Notes under the pieces: generated by a model
The model's input: the letters and a program-made list of their open reading frames with translations, nothing else
Told to the model about the DNA's origin: nothing
Database searches by the model: none
From: an uncultured Chromatiaceae bacterium
GTDB lineage: Bacteria; Pseudomonadota; Gammaproteobacteria; DRLM01
NCBI GenBank assembly: GCA_964458405.1
Contig: CAYWIQ010000001.1
Span: 6,093-37,770, forward strand
Length of the DNA stretch: 31,678 nt
Reading direction: 5' to 3'
Part shown: positions 1 through 8,352 of the stretch, in pieces
Numbering within the stretch: position 1 is the stretch's first letter
Layout: the number at the start of each line of letters is the position of its first letter
Position numbers and translations under genes: made by a program

Positions 1-21
1 CTCTGATGCTGTGAGTGCTAA
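1..21. promoter_or_regulatory. CIRCE element (HrcA operator), left arm cut by the window start
   Basis: Bases 1-21 read CTC-tgatgctgt-GAGTGCTAA. That is the last 3 nt of the left arm, an exact 9-nt spacer and a perfect right arm of the CIRCE consensus TTAGCACTC-N9-GAGTGCTAA, upstream of a heat-shock sigma factor gene. Confidence 0.8.
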
Positions 22-30
22 AATCACATA

Positions 31-57
31 GAACTTTAATAAAAGTACGCTATCATT
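31..57 (+). promoter_or_regulatory. Candidate sigmaE (RpoE/AlgU) promoter of rpoH
   Basis: GAACTT (31-36), N16, TCATT (53-57). The -35 is perfect; the -10 only partly matches TCTGA/TCAAA. SigmaE promoters at rpoH are established in E. coli (P3) and Pseudomonas. Confidence 0.5.
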
Positions 58-71
58 TTGTTTCGGAGTAA

Positions 72-87
72 TGGTGCAGTATTTGCA
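72..87 (+). promoter_or_regulatory. Candidate sigma54 -24/-12 promoter of rpoH
   Basis: TGGTGCAGTATTTGCA has GG-N10-GC spacing and a perfect TTTGCA -12; the -24 (TGGTGC vs TGGCAC) is imperfect. Confidence 0.45.
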
Positions 88-152
88 TATCCTTTAAGGA
101 TATCAATGGCTTGGTGATTAAGCGATTCTCACTGAAGAGGGACCATATCCTG

Positions 153-1010
153 ATGAGCGAAAGAAACAAGAGTTTAGAGCTGGCAATCCCCATGGGCAGT
201 CTCGAAGCCTACTGCCAGGGGGTGTCCCGTATCCCCATGTTAAGCGCGGAGGAGGAAAAGACCTTAGCTCGGCGCTTGAGAGATTTCAATGACTTAGATG
301 CTGCCCGGCGGTTGGTGATGTCCCATCTGCGCTTCGTGGTCCATGTCGCCCGTGGTTATGACGGCTATGGGTTGGCCCAATCCGACCTGATTCAGGAAGG
401 TAATATAGGCTTGATGAAGGCGGTGAAGCGCTTCGACCCGGAGATGAACGTGCGCCTGGTGTCCTTCGCGGTGCACTGGATTCGTGCAGAGATCCACGAA
501 TTTATCCTACGCAACTGGCGCATCGTCAAGGTGGCCACCACCAAGGCCCAACGTAAGCTGTTCTTCAATCTGCGCAGCGCCAAGCAGCGCCTGGGTTGGT
601 TCAGCCGTGACGAGGTGGCGGCGGTGGCCAAGGACCTGGGGGTCAAACCGGAGACCGTGGTGGAGATGGAGGCGCGCATGAGCGGTTATGACGCCTCGTT
701 GGAAGGCGATGCCGATCAGGACGACGAACACGCCTCTTACACGGCTCCTATCACCTACCTGGCCGATATGCGCGCCGATCCCGCGGCGGAGCTGGAATCC
801 GACGAGTGGGAGGCCCATAACAGCGATCGTCTCCATCAGGCCCTGGCCGATCTGGATGACCGCAGCCGTGATATCGTCGCGCGTCGTTGGTTGGCGGAAA
901 ACAAATCCACGCTCCATGAATTGGCCGATCAATATCATGTCTCTGCCGAGCGCATTCGCCAGTTGGAGAGCAACGCCATGAAAAAACTCAAGTCGGCGTT
1001 GGAGGCCTAA
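153..1010 (+). CDS. rpoH: RNA polymerase sigma-32 factor RpoH
   Basis: Sigma70-family regions ([41 protein letters not shown]), RpoH box [10 protein letters not shown]-terminal HTH ([10 protein letters not shown]). I chose ATG 153 (GAGGG upstream) over the ORF-track start at 111. Confidence 0.97.
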   Translation: MSERNKSLELAIPMGSLEAYCQGVSRIPMLSAEEEKTLARRLRDFNDLDAARRLVMSHLRFVVHVARGYDGYGLAQSDLIQEGNIGLMKAVKRFDPEMNVRLVSFAVHWIRAEIHEFILRNWRIVKVATTKAQRKLFFNLRSAKQRLGWFSRDEVAAVAKDLGVKPETVVEMEARMSGYDASLEGDADQDDEHASYTAPITYLADMRADPAAELESDEWEAHNSDRLHQALADLDDRSRDIVARRWLAENKSTLHELADQYHVSAERIRQLESNAMKKLKSALEA

Positions 1011-1690
1011 TCGCCCAAGGTTAGGTACTCAATATTTAGGCAGGCTGCCATACGCTCCGCGGCGAAGCTGGGGAGGTAGGGAATGGTACCCAAGCGCGGC
1101 GCCGGTAGGCGCGCCTCCAGCGCCGCGATGTTTTCTTGAATCTCCAGTGTATCCCCATCGATGATGTTGGCGATCCATCCCCCCACGGTGAGTTGTTGAC
1201 GCAAGACGGCGTCGCAGGTTAATAGACCGTGATTGAGGCAGCCGAGACGGATTCCTATCACGATAATCACCGGCAGGCCCAGCAGCCGTGCAACGTGCGC
1301 CATAGTTTCATGGTCGTTGATCGGTACCTCCCAGCCACCCACCCCTTCGATGAGTAGACAGTCCAGTTCTTCTTCAATGGTCGTACAGGACTCATGCATG
1401 GCCGCGGCGGACAGGCGCAGCCCGGCATGGCGGGCTGCGATATGCGGCGCGATGGGCTCCCGCAGCAGGAAGGGATTGACCGTTTCATAGGGCAGGTGGA
1501 CCGAGGCCTGCTGCATGAGCAGTTCCGCGTCTTCGTTACGCCAGCCGTCAGGGGTGTCATGGGCGCCGCACGCCAAGGGCTTCAGGCCGGCGACACGCAG
1601 GCCGCGGGCCGTCATGGCATGGAGCAGTGCGGCGGTCATCCAGGTCTTACCTACGCCGGTGTCCGTGCCGGTAATGAAGAATCCCTTCAT
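1007..1690 (-). CDS. bioD: Dethiobiotin synthase
   Basis: P-loop [30 protein letters not shown] motifs; last gene of the bio operon. Confidence 0.96.
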   Translation of the reverse strand: MKGFFITGTDTGVGKTWMTAALLHAMTARGLRVAGLKPLACGAHDTPDGWRNEDAELLMQQASVHLPYETVNPFLLREPIAPHIAARHAGLRLSAAAMHESCTTIEEELDCLLIEGVGGWEVPINDHETMAHVARLLGLPVIIVIGIRLGCLNHGLLTCDAVLRQQLTVGGWIANIIDGDTLEIQENIAALEARLPAPRLGTIPYLPSFAAERMAACLNIEYLTLGD

Positions 1691-2592
1691 GAAGTTGCTC
1701 CAGGCGGACGGCGGTGCAGGGTCGTCAGCGGTATGTGGACCTCACCCGCTGGTGGGGTTTTGACGGAAGTTGCAGTGGGTGCCCAAGCCAGGCCATAGAC
1801 CACTTCGAAGGTGGCCGGCAATGTCCCTTGGTGGCGAAGGCGCTCATAGGCGGCGGTCATGGCGCGCAGCCGGCCCTTACCGGTCAGGCCGCGGTTGCGA
1901 CCGCTGACGGCATTGTGCGCCCCCAGCAATTTGAGTTCCTTCATGACCGCATTGGCGTCGCCATAGGTGAGGGTGAAGCGTTCCGCATCCATTACCGGAT
2001 CGGCAAAGCCGCAGCGCAACAAGGCATCGCCGATATCGTGCATGTCGATGAAGGTACTGACATGCACCGCTTGATCGGCCGCTGCCCAGCTGTCGCGCAA
2101 TTCCTTGAGGGTGTCGGGGCCGAAGGTGGAAAACAGCACCATACCGCCCGGTCTGATGATGCGGCGGAATTCGGAAAAGACCCGATCCAGGTCGCCGCAC
2201 CATTGCAAAGTTAGGTTGGAGAAAACCATGTCTGCCGAACGGTCGGTTAAAGGCAGGCTCTCGGCGTCGGCACAGACATGGGATTGGCGTCGTAACAGGC
2301 GTGCCAGGGTGCCTGCGTTACGTTTGGCGCTGAGGAGCATATTGAAGGCCAAATCCAAGGCGATTAGCCGCGCCTGTTTATAACGTTGTGTCAGGTTTTT
2401 GGTGAGATGGCCGGTGCCGGCGCCGATGTCGACGATGGTGCCGGGTTGCAGGCGGATATAGTCCAACCGTTCCAATAAGCGCTTCCCCACTTCACGCTGC
2501 AGTACGGCGACCCGGTCATAATCGGCCGCAGCGCGATCGAAGGATCGGCGCACCCGTTGTTTGTCGATTTGAAAGTCGTCGTTATCCGTCAT
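1687..2592 (-). CDS. bioC: Malonyl-ACP O-methyltransferase
   Basis: N-terminal IDKQRVRRSFDRAAADYD, SAM motif VDIGAGTG, FSNLTLQW, FSTFGPDTLKEL; ATGA overlap with bioD. Confidence 0.95.
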   Translation of the reverse strand: MTDNDDFQIDKQRVRRSFDRAAADYDRVAVLQREVGKRLLERLDYIRLQPGTIVDIGAGTGHLTKNLTQRYKQARLIALDLAFNMLLSAKRNAGTLARLLRRQSHVCADAESLPLTDRSADMVFSNLTLQWCGDLDRVFSEFRRIIRPGGMVLFSTFGPDTLKELRDSWAAADQAVHVSTFIDMHDIGDALLRCGFADPVMDAERFTLTYGDANAVMKELKLLGAHNAVSGRNRGLTGKGRLRAMTAAYERLRHQGTLPATFEVVYGLAWAPTATSVKTPPAGEVHIPLTTLHRRPPGATS

Positions 2593-3353
2593 GGTGTGTT
2601 ATTTAGGAAGTCAATGAGCAAGTCGGTGAACGCCTGCGGGTGGGATAGAAACGGTACGTGGCCCGCGCCCTTGATGATTTCAATCCGTGCCGTGGGCAGC
2701 AGTTGTTGCATAGCCTGAGCGACCGCGGCGGGGACCAGCCTGTCGCGCCCTCCCAGGATAGCCAGGGTGGGACAGGACAGTTCGGCAAAATGGCTGCGTA
2801 AGTCGGCGTTGCGTAATATCGCCAATCCTGCCTCCAGAGATTGTTCCTCAGGCGGTGAACCTAGTAGCAACTCGCGCAACCGCCGTAAGACCTCCCTGTC
2901 CGCCTTGGTTATCTGCAGGCTCAGGAAACGTTCCAGGGTGCCCTGGTAGTCATCGTGCAGTGCCTGGGCAAATCCGGCGAGAACCATGGGCGCCATGGCC
3001 CAAGGCCAATTTTCGTCGCTGACGAAGCGCGGCGAGCTGCCGACCAAGATCAGTTTTGCCACCCGCTGTGGTGCCGTGATCGCCACCTGCGTCGCGATCA
3101 TGCCGCCCAACGACCAGCCCAACCACACGGCATGGGCTGGCGTGCAGGCCGCCACCGTTTCGGCCATGGTCGGTAGATCGAGCTCGGTCCGCGCCGGTGG
3201 TGAACGGCCATGGCCGGGCAAGTCGATGAGTGATACGCGAAATTGTGACGCTAACTGCTCCGCCAGGGTTGTGAATACGCCACCATGCAAGCCCCAGCCA
3301 TGCAGCATCACGATATCGGAGCCCGATCCCATTTGTTGGATGTGTAGGGTCAT
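2589..3353 (-). CDS. bioH: Pimeloyl-ACP methyl ester carboxylesterase
   Basis: Alpha/beta hydrolase: [10 protein letters not shown], nucleophile [17 protein letters not shown]; lies between bioF and bioC. Confidence 0.94.
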   Translation of the reverse strand: MTLHIQQMGSGSDIVMLHGWGLHGGVFTTLAEQLASQFRVSLIDLPGHGRSPPARTELDLPTMAETVAACTPAHAVWLGWSLGGMIATQVAITAPQRVAKLILVGSSPRFVSDENWPWAMAPMVLAGFAQALHDDYQGTLERFLSLQITKADREVLRRLRELLLGSPPEEQSLEAGLAILRNADLRSHFAELSCPTLAILGGRDRLVPAAVAQAMQQLLPTARIEIIKGAGHVPFLSHPQAFTDLLIDFLNNTP

Positions 3354-4498
3354 GCCAGCGTTTCCAGTGCACCCAACAGCCGATCGACATGGGTGTCACT
3401 GTGGGCGGCGGACAGTGTGATGCGCAATCGTGCCGTACCCTTGGGGACGGTGGGGGGGCGGATGGCGCTGACGTAGATGCCGCGTTGCCGCAGTGCCGCG
3501 CTTAGGGCAAGGGCCTGTTGCGCATCGCCCACCAGCAGCGGCTGGATCGCGGTGGCCGACGGCATTACCCGCAGGCCCAATTGCTGCGCACCTTTGCGGA
3601 AGCGGGCGATCAGTGCATGAAGATGTTCGCGGCGCCAGGTTTCTTCCTCCATGACGTGAAGGCTGGCGAGGGTGGCGTGGGCTATGGCAGGCGGCAGGGC
3701 CGTGGTATAGACATAAGACCGTGCCCGCTGAATAAGGAACTCAATCAAATCTTCATCGCCGGCGACGAAGGCGCCGAAGGTGCCGAAGGCCTTGCCCAGG
3801 GTGCCGATCAGGACGGGTACGGCTCCACTGTCTAAGTCATAGTGTTCCAGGGTTCCACGCCCCTTGGCACCCAACACCCCGAGACCGTGGGCATCGTCCA
3901 CCATCAGCATGGCGTCATGCCGTAGGGCGATTTCCGCGAGCTGCGGCAGGGGGGCTAGATCGCCGTCCATGCTGAATACGCCGTCGCTGATAATCATGGC
4001 GGGCGGGGCGGCGTCTTTACCCAGATGCTGTTGCAAGGCGGCGGCGTCGCCATGGGGGTAGCGTCGCAGCCGCGCCCCCGACAGCAGCCCCGCGTCCAGC
4101 AGCGAGGCATGATTGAGGCGGTCTTCCCAGATCCGATCACCGCGTCTCGCCAGCGCCGCCACCGTCCCCAGGTTTGCCAGGTAGCCGCTGGAAAACAGCA
4201 AGGCCCGCGGCCGGCCGGTAAACGCCGCAAGGGATTCCTCCAACGCATGATGGGGGTGCTGGTGGCCGGTCACCAGGTGGGAGGCGCCGCTGCCTGCGCC
4301 GTATGTTTGCGCGCCTTCCATGAGCGCCGCGATTACCCGCGGGTGATTGGCCAGGCCGAGGTAATCATTGCTGCAAAAGGAAAGATAACGCGTGCCGTCT
4401 ACCTCAATCTCTGCGCCTTGCGGGCCGTCGACGACGGTGCGGCTGCGGTAAAGGTGTTGTGTGCGTAGCCGCGCCAGGTCAGCGGCCAGGTCTCTCAT
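3350..4498 (-). CDS. bioF: 8-amino-7-oxononanoate synthase
   Basis: [35 protein letters not shown] lysine motif [15 protein letters not shown]. Confidence 0.97.
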   Translation of the reverse strand: MRDLAADLARLRTQHLYRSRTVVDGPQGAEIEVDGTRYLSFCSNDYLGLANHPRVIAALMEGAQTYGAGSGASHLVTGHQHPHHALEESLAAFTGRPRALLFSSGYLANLGTVAALARRGDRIWEDRLNHASLLDAGLLSGARLRRYPHGDAAALQQHLGKDAAPPAMIISDGVFSMDGDLAPLPQLAEIALRHDAMLMVDDAHGLGVLGAKGRGTLEHYDLDSGAVPVLIGTLGKAFGTFGAFVAGDEDLIEFLIQRARSYVYTTALPPAIAHATLASLHVMEEETWRREHLHALIARFRKGAQQLGLRVMPSATAIQPLLVGDAQQALALSAALRQRGIYVSAIRPPTVPKGTARLRITLSAAHSDTHVDRLLGALETLA

Positions 4499-5529
4499 GT
4501 GACGGCGTTATCCACCAGCGCGGCACGGCGGCGTTGGGTGTCGCCGCGTGCTTTGACCTTGAGGTCGTCCAACATCGTCAGATCATCATCGACCTGGCGG
4601 CCCTTGGTAGTGAGATAGTCGCCGATCATCACGCCCGAGGCGCCGGCGAAAAAGATCATGGCCTGCAGGTCGCGCAGGAAGTGGCGGCCGCCGGCGATGC
4701 GGATTTCCGCCTTGGGCAGCATGTAGCGGAACACCGCGATCATGTGCAGGATCTCCAGCGGCTGCATAGGCGTCTGGTGTCCCATGGGGGTGCCGTCGAT
4801 GGGATTGAGGAAATTCAGCGGTACCGATTCCACACCCAGCCTGCGCAGGGTTTCCGCCAGTTCGATGCGCTGATCCAAGGATTCACCCATGCCCAGGATA
4901 CCGCCGGCGCATACCCGTAAGCCGGCATCCACGGCGTTGCGGATGGTGTCGATGTTTTCCTGATAGGTATGAGTGGTGCAGACATTATGGAAAAAACTCT
5001 CGGCGGTCTCGAGATTGTGATGATAGTTTTCCATGCCCATTTCCTTGAGCATCACCGCCGTTTGTTTGTCCAGTGCGCCCAGGCTGGCACAACGGCCGAT
5101 GTCGGAGTCTTGCTGCATGGCCGCGAAATAATTCCGTAATTGTGTGCGTTCTTTATCGCTGCGGACGCCCCAGCCCTTGGAGACCACGCCGAAGTCGCTG
5201 GCGCCCCATTGCCGGGCGCGGCGCGCCTGCGTCACCAGTTGTTCGGCAGGGATATAGTTGTATTTCGGTGCGCTGGTTTGATGGTGGCCACTTTGGCCGC
5301 AGAAAGAACAGTTTTCCGAACAGTTGCCGGAGCGCACGTTGGAGATGGCACAGACCTCCACCTCGTCGCCGCGAAAGGTCTTGCGCAGCCGGTCGGCACC
5401 GGCCATCAGCCAGGAAAGATAGTCATGATCGAGGCGGATCATCCACTGTCCTTCCTCGGCGGTCATTTCGCCGCCGGCGAGAATGCGCTGGGTGATGTCG
5501 TCGATGCGTTGGTATACGGTGTTATCCAT
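4495..5529 (-). CDS. bioB: Biotin synthase (radical SAM), atypical auxiliary-cluster ligand set
   Basis: CxxxCxxC (CSENCSFC), [42 protein letters not shown] 5529 (GGAAGG upstream) gives 344 aa; the stop overlaps the bioF start (ATGA). Confidence 0.95.
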   Translation of the reverse strand: MDNTVYQRIDDITQRILAGGEMTAEEGQWMIRLDHDYLSWLMAGADRLRKTFRGDEVEVCAISNVRSGNCSENCSFCGQSGHHQTSAPKYNYIPAEQLVTQARRARQWGASDFGVVSKGWGVRSDKERTQLRNYFAAMQQDSDIGRCASLGALDKQTAVMLKEMGMENYHHNLETAESFFHNVCTTHTYQENIDTIRNAVDAGLRVCAGGILGMGESLDQRIELAETLRRLGVESVPLNFLNPIDGTPMGHQTPMQPLEILHMIAVFRYMLPKAEIRIAGGRHFLRDLQAMIFFAGASGVMIGDYLTTKGRQVDDDLTMLDDLKVKARGDTQRRRAALVDNAVT

Positions 5530-5647
5530 GTGTGGGGCGACCTTCCGTTCGTGGCAAACAATGGGTTCATAGTCGTCGTCAGGCGGGCTATTATTGGGCG
5601 GGGCCCTCAACGGAATGATGGCTTATCATCCAGACGCCGGATCGTCT

Positions 5648-6415
5648 ATGTCTAAACCCACTGAATATAGTCGGTTTGATTCTTCTGTCAACCTTTCTGC
5701 GATTCAGAAGGTTAACAATCGCCGCAATACTTCTTGGCAATCCTGTCTATTCCCCACCGTGTGTGCGTTGTGCGAGGGCGGCGGCCAGCCGGGGCGGGAG
5801 TTATGCAGCGGATGTGAAAGGGATTTGCCGGTGGTGGCGGTTTCCTGTTGGCAATGCGGCGCACCGTTGTCCATGCCTGGGCTTTGCGGTCGCTGCCAAC
5901 AACATCCACCCGCGTTTACGCGCATCGTGGTGACCTATCATTATTTGCCACCGGTGGATTCGCTGCTCAAGCAGCTCAAGTTCGGCGGCAAGCTCCAGTT
6001 GGCCCGTTTATTAGGTGAATTGATGGCGGATCGCATTATGAGAGAGAACGCCGTGCTTCCGGAGGTGATTTTACCGGTACCGCTCCATGTCAGCCGCCTG
6101 CGTGAGCGGGGGTTTAATCAGGCGTTGGAGCTGGCGCGCCCCATCGCGACGCGATTGAAGGTGCCGTTGGATTGGCGTCACGTGATCCGTACGCGGGCCA
6201 CCGATGCCCAAAGCGATCTGCCCGCTGCGTTACGCGCCCGCAACGTCAAAGGCGCCTTCTCGGTCTTGAAGGGTTTCACGGTAGGCCGGGTTGCCGTGGT
6301 GGATGATGTCATGACAACAGGACACACGGTGAATGAATTGGCATTGACGCTACGGCGGGCGGGGGTGAGCGATATTTCTATATGGGTGTGCGCGCGGGCG
6401 GTATTCGGGCGATAA
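5648..6415 (+). CDS. comF: ComF/GntX family protein (double zinc ribbon + phosphoribosyltransferase domain), DNA-uptake competence
   Basis: CALC...LCSGC...CWQC...CGRC zinc ribbons, PVPLH...RERGFNQA, PRT motif VVDDVMTTGHT. The start is uncertain (5594, 5648 or a later non-ATG start). Confidence 0.9.
   Translation: MSKPTEYSRFDSSVNLSAIQKVNNRRNTSWQSCLFPTVCALCEGGGQPGRELCSGCERDLPVVAVSCWQCGAPLSMPGLCGRCQQHPPAFTRIVVTYHYLPPVDSLLKQLKFGGKLQLARLLGELMADRIMRENAVLPEVILPVPLHVSRLRERGFNQALELARPIATRLKVPLDWRHVIRTRATDAQSDLPAALRARNVKGAFSVLKGFTVGRVAVVDDVMTTGHTVNELALTLRRAGVSDISIWVCARAVFGR
5664..5691 (-). promoter_or_regulatory. Sigma70 promoter of the bioBFHCD operon
   Basis: On the minus strand: TTGACA-N16-TATATT, i.e. 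a perfect -35 and a 5/6 -10, about 135 nt upstream of the bioB start. Confidence 0.7.
5685..5718. promoter_or_regulatory. BirA (biotin repressor) operator
   Basis: cTGTCAACC-N16-GGTTAACAa matches the E. coli bioO architecture TTGTAAACC-N16-GGTTTACAA; one arm contains the -35 of the bio promoter. Confidence 0.85.
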
Positions 6416-6512
6416 GCCTTGTGCTAGACTTTTTCACCTCGCGTTCATCGAGTGCTTGTTAGCCGACAGTACTCAGCTAAAGGATTCTGGATTTTCGTCA
6501 GAGGAGATTTCG

Positions 6513-7076
6513 ATGTCATTACGACAGCTTGTCGCTGCAGCGGCGTGCCTGGTCAGTGTCAGTGCCATGGCTCAAGGTTTCGATATTAATCTGAGTAACA
6601 ATGCCGCCATGCTTACCTATACGTCCGCGCTCGGCCAGCAAGGGTTTGGTCACGGGCAAATGGCCGGATCGGTATTGTTTACCGATAACGATGACTTTCT
6701 GGGCAAGCTAGGCTTTGGTGTGGTGGGCGACGCCGGTAGCGGCTCACCGGGATTGAGCGTAGGTGTCGGTGTGAATGCCTATGGGATAACCACCAATAAT
6801 AACGACGTCGCGGCCCTGGCCTTGAGCGGTAAGTTTGATTATGCGCCGCCGCCGGCACCCCGTTTACGCATCGGCGGCGAGCTTAATCTGGCACCGAGTA
6901 TTGTGACGTTCATTGACGGCGATCACCTCTATGACAGCAGTGCGTATGTCGGTTACGAGATATTTCAAGGGGCGGTTGCCTATTTCGGTTACCGACGGAT
7001 CAAGGTGAGCATCCAAAATCATCCTTCTCAGACGGTGGATTCAGGGGGCTATCTGGGCATTAAGTTTCGGTTTTAA
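6513..7076 (+). CDS. YfaZ-like outer-membrane beta-barrel protein
   Basis: GAGGAG RBS then ATG 6513; signal peptide MSLRQLVAAAACLVSVSAMA; amphipathic beta-strands; terminal Phe (GYLGIKFRF) typical of BAM substrates; mature N-terminus FDINLSNN resembles the YfaZ family. Confidence 0.7.
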   Translation: MSLRQLVAAAACLVSVSAMAQGFDINLSNNAAMLTYTSALGQQGFGHGQMAGSVLFTDNDDFLGKLGFGVVGDAGSGSPGLSVGVGVNAYGITTNNNDVAALALSGKFDYAPPPAPRLRIGGELNLAPSIVTFIDGDHLYDSSAYVGYEIFQGAVAYFGYRRIKVSIQNHPSQTVDSGGYLGIKFRF

Positions 7077-7165
7077 TTAGCATTAAGCGCGGGTTAAGGT
7101 AAAATGCCCGCCAGCCGCTACTATACTGATAAGTAGGGATACCTTTTCAAGGGATTGTGCAGGCT

Positions 7166-7516
7166 ATGCAGGCAGCAAGGCTCACACAAGATTATTCCGG
7201 CTTTTTCCGTCAGCCCGTAGTTTCCAGGAAGGACGGGGGCGCCGATAAATCGCAGACGAATCGCTCACGACCTTCGGTATTGCCCGCTGAGCGGGTGGTC
7301 GAAGGCGAGTTGCTGCGGAATCGTACCAGCGGCGCGGATAATTCCTTAGAGCAGTTTTTGCAACGTGAACGGTTGTCCGAGAGCGCGGCCAATGCCGCCG
7401 ATGGGGCAGCCGGTAACCGGACGGCGCAAACTGCGATCAATGCCTATCTCGACAATGCTGCGATGGCCTCCGGGAAAGGCGGCGGGCATACCCATTCTAT
7501 TGATTACTACGCGTAA
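7166..7516 (+). CDS. Hypothetical small protein with a C-terminal IDYYA tail
   Basis: The only same-strand ORF filling the gap between two genes; AAGGGA about 11 nt before ATG 7166; 116 aa; no family recognised with certainty. Confidence 0.65.
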   Translation: MQAARLTQDYSGFFRQPVVSRKDGGADKSQTNRSRPSVLPAERVVEGELLRNRTSGADNSLEQFLQRERLSESAANAADGAAGNRTAQTAINAYLDNAAMASGKGGGHTHSIDYYA

Positions 7517-7576
7517 CGCGTGTGATTTCCTCCGAGTTACATTACCTCTCATCTCCATTATCGGAAAACCATCGGC

Positions 7577-8053
7577 GTGAATGCTGAACAAGGTGAACGC
7601 GTACGACAATTATTGACAAGGCAGCGTTGGGCGGCGCTGGCGACGCAGTGTCAGGACGGCAGTCCCTCGGTATCGCATGTCGCATATGTCGCGGAAACCG
7701 ATTTCAACGGCTTCTTGCTGCATGTCAGCAAGCTGGCCGCCCATACCCGTAATCTCTTGGCGCGTCCCGCGGTGAGCTTGGCAGTTAGCGAACCCGATAA
7801 CGGCGAGGATGATCCGCAATTGCTGGCGCGTCTTACCATTAACGGGACGGCCTCGGAAATCCCACGTCATTCGGAAGACTATCTCTCAGCACGGCAACGC
7901 TACTTGATGGGGTTGCCGTGGGCCGAGCGCCTGTTTGGTTTCGAGGATTTCGTGTTGGTGAGAGTGTTTCCGCAAACGGCCCGTTTTGTGGGTGGCTTCG
8001 CCCAAACCTTACAATTAACCGCCGAGCAGCTAAGACGTCTTGCTACGTTGTGA
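7577..8053 (+). CDS. Pyridoxamine 5'-phosphate oxidase-like split-barrel protein (HugZ/HutZ/CREG-like)
   Basis: ALAT...GSPSVSHVAY, LLHVSKLAAHTRNL...VSL, LARLTING, DFVLVR, RFVGGFA match the pattern of FMN/heme-binding split barrels. Confidence 0.8.
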   Translation: MNAEQGERVRQLLTRQRWAALATQCQDGSPSVSHVAYVAETDFNGFLLHVSKLAAHTRNLLARPAVSLAVSEPDNGEDDPQLLARLTINGTASEIPRHSEDYLSARQRYLMGLPWAERLFGFEDFVLVRVFPQTARFVGGFAQTLQLTAEQLRRLATL

Positions 8054-8352
8054 TTCGCTAGTCTCACTAACTTTACAATTCGGCATTTATCGAGATGTCG
8101 CTGCCCCGGGCTTTTGCCGGCAGGCTGATGATGAATGTTATAACGTTATCTTTAAGCGCGATCGGCGGTTTTGATATGCGCATTGCTTGTCGCCGACGAT
8201 TGCCGGCGTTTTTGTGCGGTTAAAATTTCTCTAAGGGTGTACCCGATTCCCATAATGTAAAGATACACCAATGAGAGTTGTGTGGCCGATTCTTAGGCTT
8301 TGGTATGAAGGGATTATTGACGCGGCGATGACAGGTGAGAGGTGATGTTGAA

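Noticed and set aside
10-28. CRP-like TGTGA...TCACA upstream of rpoH
   Set aside because: The spacer is 9 nt rather than 6, and the bases are already explained by the CIRCE arm.
7544-7562. Fur box upstream of the HugZ-like gene (CATTATC half)
   Set aside because: Only 10 of 19 positions match the GATAATGATAATCATTATC consensus.
8128-8223. 31-codon ORF (MMNVITLSLSAIGG...) in the intergenic gap
   Set aside because: No SD, no recognisable features, and a length expected by chance.
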